From Candidatus Jordarchaeales archaeon (GTDB taxonomy: Archaea; Asgardarchaeota; Jordiarchaeia; Jordiarchaeales; Freyrarchaeaceae): 32,000 nt of DNA. A program made the position numbers and the translations under genes. The stretch covers positions 383,703-415,702 of the forward strand of contig JAWAHN010000003.1 in NCBI GenBank assembly GCA_038889235.1, given 5' to 3'. Shown piece after piece: positions 26,254-32,000 of the stretch. Position 1 is the stretch's first letter; each line of letters begins with the position of its first letter. The notes beneath the pieces are model-generated. The model saw only the letters and a program-made list of their open reading frames with translations, did no database searches and was not told the DNA's origin.

Positions 26254-27339
26254 GTGGAGTTCTACGGGGTGGACGACGTGAAGGAGATACTGAAAAAACT
26301 TGTCGAAGCATGCGCGCCTTCAGGCTATGAAGAGAACGTGAGAAAGATAATGAAAGAGGAGCTCAAAGATTACGTGGACGAGGTCAAAGAGGATAGGCTC
26401 GGCAACTTGATATGCGTCAAGAAGGGGGGTAGAGGCGGAGCTAAGGTTATGGTTGCAGCACACATGGACGAGATAGGCATGCTAGTGAAGTACATAGAGA
26501 AAGAGGGCTTCATAAGGTTCTCCTATCTTGGGGGCTTCCTAGACCAAACCGTTCTGAACCAGCGCGTCCTCGTGCACACCGAGAAAGAGGTCATACCGGG
26601 AGTCATAGGCTCAACGCCACCCCACCTTCTCCCCGAAGAGAAGCGCAAAAAAGTCGTGGAGAGAGACGACATGTTCATAGACATAGGGGCCACAAGCAAG
26701 GAGGAAGCTGAGTCATGGGGGGTTAAAATAGGGTGCCCGATAACATGGGTGGGAGACTTCCTAGAGTTGAAAAACGGCTTCGTATGCGGGAAAGCCTTTG
26801 ACGACAGAATAGGTTGCCTCGTACTCATAGAGGTCATGAAGAACGTGGACCCAGAAGTGACAGTCTACGGCGTTGCGTCAGTCATGGAGGAGGTTGGGCT
26901 TAGAGGCGCGCGCACCTCGGCTTTCACCGTGGAACCAGACATGGGAATAGCAGTCGACGTTGCGGCCGCAGGAGACTATCCAGGAGTCGACGAGAGAAAG
27001 TCGCCCGTGAAGCTGGGGAAAGGACCGGCGATCACCATAGCGGATGGTAGGAGGGAAAGCCTCGGCGGTGGGCTCATATCCCATCCACTCCCCAGAAAAC
27101 TGCTCATTGAGACCGCAGAGAGGAACGGCATACCATACCAATTAGACGTGTTTGAAGGGGGCACGACCGACGCGACCGAGATTGCTCTTGCCCGCGGAGG
27201 CGTACCCGCAGCAGTCCTCTCGATACCGACGCGCTACATTCACACACCGGTAGAGGTGTTAAACCTTAAAGACGTCGAAAACGCCATAAAGCTGCTAAAG
27301 CTTTCGCTTGAAAGAGCCCACGAGGTACTAGCAGTGTGA
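26254..27339 (+). CDS. M42-family (TET-like) aminopeptidase
   Basis: APSGYE, AAHMDEIG, KAFDDRIGC, EEVGLRGA, AVDVA, GGTTDA and SIPTRYIHTPVE motifs. Confidence 0.95.
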   Translation: MEFYGVDDVKEILKKLVEACAPSGYEENVRKIMKEELKDYVDEVKEDRLGNLICVKKGGRGGAKVMVAAHMDEIGMLVKYIEKEGFIRFSYLGGFLDQTVLNQRVLVHTEKEVIPGVIGSTPPHLLPEEKRKKVVERDDMFIDIGATSKEEAESWGVKIGCPITWVGDFLELKNGFVCGKAFDDRIGCLVLIEVMKNVDPEVTVYGVASVMEEVGLRGARTSAFTVEPDMGIAVDVAAAGDYPGVDERKSPVKLGKGPAITIADGRRESLGGGLISHPLPRKLLIETAERNGIPYQLDVFEGGTTDATEIALARGGVPAAVLSIPTRYIHTPVEVLNLKDVENAIKLLKLSLERAHEVLAV

Positions 27340-27351
27340 GGGTGTGTTTCA

Positions 27352-28176
27352 TTGATATACGATTCTATAGTTCGAGCAGCGTCAAGGAGACGGGTGAAAG
27401 TAGGCGTAGGAGTAGGCGACTGGAAGGGCGCGGTCAGAGTTGTGTCAGGGGTTAAGCAGGCATCAGAAATCGTTGACGTAGTGCTTGTCGGGGCCCCCGA
27501 GCTGGAAGGTAGGGTTAGCTACGAGCCGTTCTATCAGTCGAGGGAGCCTGAGAGAAAGCTGCTAGAACTCCTCGTCTCGGGGGAAGTCGACGGGGTTGTT
27601 CGAGGCGGGCTCAGCGCTTCAACTTTTCTGAAACATGTGAAGCAAACGTTTAAAGTTGAAAAAATTTTGAGGATCGCACTGTTGGAGGACGCCGCCGGCC
27701 ACCAGTTCATGTTCTCCCCCGTTGGAGTAGACGAAGGGGAGAGCGTCGAGGAGAAGATTTCTCTCGCAGCTGGGGCAGCGGACTTTCTTAGGAAGATAAG
27801 TGTGGCACCTAAAATAGCGGTTCTCTCTGGTGGGCGCTTAGGCGACATTGGTAGGAGCCCAAGAGTTGATAAGACGATAAGGGAGGCTGAGGAGGCCGCT
27901 AGGATTCTCAGGGAGAGAGGGTACGACGCCGAGCACTACCAGATACTGATAGAGGACGCTATAGCGGATGAAAGGAACGTGGTAGTGGCGCCCGACGGGA
28001 TTTCAGGAAACCTGATTTACAGAACACTCATACACCTCGGCTTAGGAAAGTCTTACGGAGCGATATACCTTAACTTGCCGAAATCCGTAGTGGACACGTC
28101 GAGAGCGGCTCCCCCCAACGAGTACACCGGAGCTGTTATTATGGCTGCTGCAACAGTGAACCTTCAAGAGCGTTAA
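27352..28176 (+). CDS. mtxX: MtxX / methanogenesis marker protein 4 family (phosphotransacylase-like fold)
   Basis: VDGVVRGGLSAS, FSPVGVDEG, IAVLSGGRLGDIGRS, ILIEDA and APDGISGNLIYRTL, recognised from recall as the MtxX pattern. Confidence 0.82.
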   Translation: MIYDSIVRAASRRRVKVGVGVGDWKGAVRVVSGVKQASEIVDVVLVGAPELEGRVSYEPFYQSREPERKLLELLVSGEVDGVVRGGLSASTFLKHVKQTFKVEKILRIALLEDAAGHQFMFSPVGVDEGESVEEKISLAAGAADFLRKISVAPKIAVLSGGRLGDIGRSPRVDKTIREAEEAARILRERGYDAEHYQILIEDAIADERNVVVAPDGISGNLIYRTLIHLGLGKSYGAIYLNLPKSVVDTSRAAPPNEYTGAVIMAAATVNLQER

Positions 28177-28189
28177 CCGGCGGGTTATG

Positions 28190-29179
28190 CTAGGTGCTTT
28201 CTAACAGCTCCGTAGGGAAGTACTCCTCCTTTCTCTCCATAGCTGCAATTCTGAAGTAGTCTGTGAAGGTTATGTCACTAGACGTTATGGACGTCGGGGT
28301 CAAACCAGCATCCTCGAGTCCGCTGAGCAAAAGGTTTAGAGGGTCCTCCACCCTCTTGACAAATATCTTGAGAGTCTTCCTCCCCGTCCTTAGAACATTA
28401 ACGACAATCCTCAAGTCCTTTATTTTTGAAACATCTTTTTCCGTCAGTTTCTTGAAGGATACCTCGAAAGCGTAGCCTGCTCGTATGCTGTCAACAAACT
28501 TTTTAGGGTCACCGAAGAGAACCACGCGACCCCTGTCAAGGATAACCACGCGGTCGCAGAAGTCGGTGGTCTCGAGGTCGTGACTCACTATTCCCATGGT
28601 CACATTGTACTGCTTGTTTATGTTCCGCAGGTAGTTCAGCACATCCACTCTTAGGTGGGCGTCGAGGCCTGTTGTTGGTTCGTCCAGCAAGAGCACTTGC
28701 GGCTCGTGTATTAGCCCAATACAAATTGAAACTCGCTTCCTTTCGCCGCCCGAGAGCTTGCCAACAGGCTTCTCCATGAGCTCTCTGTCTTTGAAACCAA
28801 GAACCTCCAAGATTTCTATCGCTCTACGCTTAGCCTCCCTCTCAGGTACGCCGTACATTCGGGCGAAGAGGCAAGCGTTTTTTAGCGCTGAGAACTCGTA
28901 GTAAAGCCCGACCTCGTCAAGCTGGGGGACGTAGCCTAAGACGTGCTTTAGCTTCTCTTTCTCCTTTACGACGTTTATTCCGGCAACGTGTACCTCTCCC
29001 TTAGCGGGGTGAAGCTGTCCAGTTAGAACCCTGAGGCAGGTGGTTTTGCCAGCGCCGCTTCCACCTATAACCGCTATCAGTTCTCCTTTCTCAGCGTAGA
29101 AGCTTACATTCTCTAATACAGTTTTCCCGCCGAGGCGCACGTACACGCCCTCGAGCTCTATGAACTTTTCCCCGGACAA
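28190..29179 (-). CDS. ABC transporter ATP-binding subunit (ABC-2 type) with C-terminal accessory domain
   Basis: GGSGAGKTT, YVPQ, LSGGERKR, LLLDEPTTGLD and VSHD. Confidence 0.95.
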   Translation of the reverse strand: MSGEKFIELEGVYVRLGGKTVLENVSFYAEKGELIAVIGGSGAGKTTCLRVLTGQLHPAKGEVHVAGINVVKEKEKLKHVLGYVPQLDEVGLYYEFSALKNACLFARMYGVPEREAKRRAIEILEVLGFKDRELMEKPVGKLSGGERKRVSICIGLIHEPQVLLLDEPTTGLDAHLRVDVLNYLRNINKQYNVTMGIVSHDLETTDFCDRVVILDRGRVVLFGDPKKFVDSIRAGYAFEVSFKKLTEKDVSKIKDLRIVVNVLRTGRKTLKIFVKRVEDPLNLLLSGLEDAGLTPTSITSSDITFTDYFRIAAMERKEEYFPTELLEST

Positions 29180-29185
29180 GTCGTT

Positions 29186-30355
29186 TCACACCACCGACTT
29201 CTTCAGTGAGAAAGCTATCAGTGAGAGAGCGAGGAAGAACAGGCTGTAGATTAGTAGGCCAAGCATTGGGGGATAGGCGTAGTAGAGTGGCAGCCCCCTC
29301 GACGCTATGTTCGTAATAGCTTCCCTAGCCATGTGCAGTGGGCTGGCGTTTTTAACGTCCGCTACTGGGACCGCTAGTTCTATCACTACTAACGTTAGAA
29401 AGGCGAATATGAAGTACTGGTTGGCTTGGAGGCGGGAATTGCTCATGACGGATATGAAAACGCCGAGCGTTATTCCGAAGAGCGAGCTGCAGAGGAAGCT
29501 GAGAATCAGGTTGACGTAGGAGCCCATGGGCTGGTAGCTGTATGCTAAGCTGAGGATCCCTATTATTATCATCATCTGAATGATACTCGTTATGAGGTAC
29601 GCTAAAACCTTCGCTAGAATTGCTTCAGACTTACTTGCAGGTGTGAGCAGTAGCCTCCTTAAGGGAACGTCGCCGACAACGCACTGAGAGGTCAGTATCA
29701 TTATGCCCCCTATCAGGAGCAAGGGGACTATTAGGGGGACTGTTACTCTCAAGTCGAATCCCTGCTCTTCACTCGGCCCCATGACGGCGGTTATTGCGGG
29801 GATTACCTCGTCCTTTGTGAAGTTGAAGCGTATCTTGAAGTTAGCTATGGCGCCCGTCACGCAGTCTAATACTTTCTTTTGGCTCTCGAAGTCCGTGCCA
29901 TCAAGGGTTAAGTTTATGTAGGCCGGAACGGGGAATGGCGCCTCCGGGTCCCTATTGCTAGCCAGGTGGCTATTAAATCCGAACGGTATTATTATCACGG
30001 CTTCTATGTCGCCGCGCCACAGCAAGAAGTTGGCGACGTTCTCGTCGTTTAAGGGGAAGACTATGCATGTGCTTTTATTAGCGTTGGCAACTAGCTCCCA
30101 GAAGAATTCATCCGCAAAATCGTAGTTTGGGTCCCCTATGCTGGTGTCCTGGTTTATAACAGCTATCTTAGCGTAGTCGGCAAGTGTGAGCACCCTAAAC
30201 TGGTAAGCACCAAGGCTGAAGGTGATTATCACGGGAAGGAGGATTAAAACCACTAGAGCCATCCTGTCCTTAATTATCCCCTCGAGCTCCTTTCTCACCA
30301 GGGCAGATATTCGAATCAGGCTTCCGGCAAGCCTAGATAGTGCACGTGACATCAT
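29186..30355 (-). CDS. ABC-2 type permease with extracellular loop domain
   Basis: N-terminal TM (RKELEGIIKDRMAL), IAVINQD soluble domain, then about 5 C-terminal TMs with RRLLLTPASKSEAILAK. Confidence 0.9.
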   Translation of the reverse strand: MMSRALSRLAGSLIRISALVRKELEGIIKDRMALVVLILLPVIITFSLGAYQFRVLTLADYAKIAVINQDTSIGDPNYDFADEFFWELVANANKSTCIVFPLNDENVANFLLWRGDIEAVIIIPFGFNSHLASNRDPEAPFPVPAYINLTLDGTDFESQKKVLDCVTGAIANFKIRFNFTKDEVIPAITAVMGPSEEQGFDLRVTVPLIVPLLLIGGIMILTSQCVVGDVPLRRLLLTPASKSEAILAKVLAYLITSIIQMMIIIGILSLAYSYQPMGSYVNLILSFLCSSLFGITLGVFISVMSNSRLQANQYFIFAFLTLVVIELAVPVADVKNASPLHMAREAITNIASRGLPLYYAYPPMLGLLIYSLFFLALSLIAFSLKKSVV

Positions 30356-32000
30356 CCGGCCCCCGCCACGTATCTGAAGTAGTCTTCAAATGTAAGCTCA
30401 ATCCTTGGCTCAACCTTGTAAACCTTGAACCCCTCCGACTCCAAGCGGCTTAAAATCCTGTTCAAAACCACCCTATTATCCTTTCCTTCAACAAGTATCT
30501 TGTAGTATGGTCCAACTCTGAAAACGTGAGCGACACCTTCAACGCTCTTTATTACGTCTTCCGCCCTTGGATCGTCCTCCTCCAGCACGAGGCCTATAGC
30601 GTAACCGTTTCCAGGCAGCTTAGAAACGAGCTCCTTCGGTGTCCCAAAGTCCATGAGCCCCTTCCCCCTTACGAAAACAGCAACTTTGTCGCAGTACTCC
30701 GCTTCGGAGGGGTAATGTGTTATTACAACGAGCGTTGTACCATATGTCTCGTTGATCTTCTCCAGGTAACTCCAGAGCTCGTGTCTTCTAACAAGGTCCA
30801 AGCCGCTTGTCGGCTCATCAAGGAAGAGGATTTTCGGGTAGTGGACGAGAGCTATTGCTATGCTAACCCTTCTTTTTTCCCCACCGCTTAGCTCCTCTAC
30901 TTTCATGTTTCCCTTGTGGAATATGTCTAGCTCTTTCAGGATTCGTTTTCCCCTTTTCACCAGCTCGTCTTCTGGAATCCCGTACTGTCTCCCGAAGTAG
31001 ACTATGTTCTCCATCGGAGTGAAGTTCTCATACATCCTGCTTAGGTCTTGTGGAACGTAGCCTATTAGTGGGGCGACAAACTCCTTCCTAGACGGGGGAA
31101 AACCATATATGAGGATTTCCCCAGAGTCTGGTGTTATCTCGCCTATCAGCGCCTTCATACAGGTGCTTTTCCCACTCCCAGACTCACCAACTATCCCTAG
31201 GATTTCTCCTTCCCTCAAGGAGAAAGATACGTCCCTTAAAACAGTTTTCCCGCTATATGAAACTGTGAGACCCCGCACCTTTAAAGCATACTCATTGGAG
31301 GGGACCATTTCATGTCTCGGTGTTAGGACTACCTTGCTGGCGGCGACATCAACTATTCTCGAGCTCTCAGATACCCTTAAAAGCACGGTTATTGTTTGCT
31401 CCACAATCTCCCTTACTTTTCTCCGCACCCTGGCTGCAGCCGCGCTACTCGTGACAACGCTTAGCCCGCAGCGGCTTAGCAGCAGGCGGACGTTTTCCAG
31501 CATTCTCCTAAAGTAGAAGTTAACGAGGAGTATGAGAACTTTTCTCGCCAGAAACTCAAGCTGGTATCTCAGTGACGGACGTCCAACCGACACTAAGACA
31601 CCCTTTAGCTCGCGCCCCCCTATTACGCCTTTGTTCACGGACATTACGAAGAACTTTTTTAGAGGATTGTCCTCAACCACTAGAATTTCGCCTTCACCCG
31701 TGAAGTCGGTGTTGCTGTGAAGCCACACACCTTCCACAGTGCAGTGAACTTTCATCAGTGGGGTAACTTTCCGAAGCCACTTGACAGCGTGGCTGAGCTC
31801 GCTGCCGTCAAAGAACTTAAGCTGAGAGGTGGACTTCTTCAGCCTGTTCCTGAAAACGATGTTAGCCGCCTGAACGTCGCACTTAGAGCGCGGCCCACCG
31901 ACGGTGATGACGACGCCTTTCTCGATGCGCTTACTTCCACGCACACCGTGGTCTAACATCACTACAAAAAACTTCCTGAAGGGGCGCGAGTAAACTTTCA
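30352..32000 (-). CDS. ABC transporter ATP-binding subunit with long, internally repeated N-terminal extension; start may lie at or beyond the window edge
   Basis: GESGSGKST, YVPQ, LSGGEKRR, LFLDEPTSGLD and ITH. About 225 aa precede the ATPase, and the frame stays open from GTG 31962 to the window end (xTG-KVYSRPFRKFFV). Confidence 0.9.
   Translation of the reverse strand, partial: KVYSRPFRKFFVVMLDHGVRGSKRIEKGVVITVGGPRSKCDVQAANIVFRNRLKKSTSQLKFFDGSELSHAVKWLRKVTPLMKVHCTVEGVWLHSNTDFTGEGEILVVEDNPLKKFFVMSVNKGVIGGRELKGVLVSVGRPSLRYQLEFLARKVLILLVNFYFRRMLENVRLLLSRCGLSVVTSSAAAARVRRKVREIVEQTITVLLRVSESSRIVDVAASKVVLTPRHEMVPSNEYALKVRGLTVSYSGKTVLRDVSFSLREGEILGIVGESGSGKSTCMKALIGEITPDSGEILIYGFPPSRKEFVAPLIGYVPQDLSRMYENFTPMENIVYFGRQYGIPEDELVKRGKRILKELDIFHKGNMKVEELSGGEKRRVSIAIALVHYPKILFLDEPTSGLDLVRRHELWSYLEKINETYGTTLVVITHYPSEAEYCDKVAVFVRGKGLMDFGTPKELVSKLPGNGYAIGLVLEEDDPRAEDVIKSVEGVAHVFRVGPYYKILVEGKDNRVVLNRILSRLESEGFKVYKVEPRIELTFEDYFRYVAGAG

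Overview
Gene-dense archaeal chromosome window with about 33 CDSs. Archaeal origin rests on an archaeal-type GluRS, IorAB, tungsten AOR, an archaeal Prx6-type peroxiredoxin, BRE/TATA promoters, GGAGG/GGTG Shine-Dalgarno sites and frequent TTG/GTG starts. The lineage is inferred, not proven: an anaerobic heterotroph, possibly Asgard (stand-alone roadblock gene, MtxX without any mcr genes in view, several lineage-specific hypotheticals). Content in order: end of iorA plus iorB; a tubby/LURP-one-like gene and small hypotheticals; a DtxR-family repressor plus feoB with a clear operator palindrome; an FmdE-like gene; a decayed 770-bp spacer; moaD and aor; an M20 deacylase; a membrane-anchored hexapeptide-repeat protein; dsrE-like and tusA; a CxxC/HxxH hypothetical; 5-formyl-THF cyclo-ligase; peroxiredoxin; acyl-CoA ligase; a two-subunit CoA-transferase; an HPr-kinase-like P-loop protein behind a structured leader; roadblock; HAD hydrolase; gltX, A24 peptidase, M42 peptidase and mtxX; and an ABC-2 exporter with two ATPases. 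I found no rRNA, tRNA, CRISPR array or intact mobile element. The best novelty candidates are the internally duplicated N-terminal module on the ABC ATPase at the right edge, the tubby/scramblase-like gene, the CxxC/HxxH protein, the HPrK-like gene with its leader, and MtxX in a non-methanogenesis context. All family calls come from motif recognition by eye; no searches were run.
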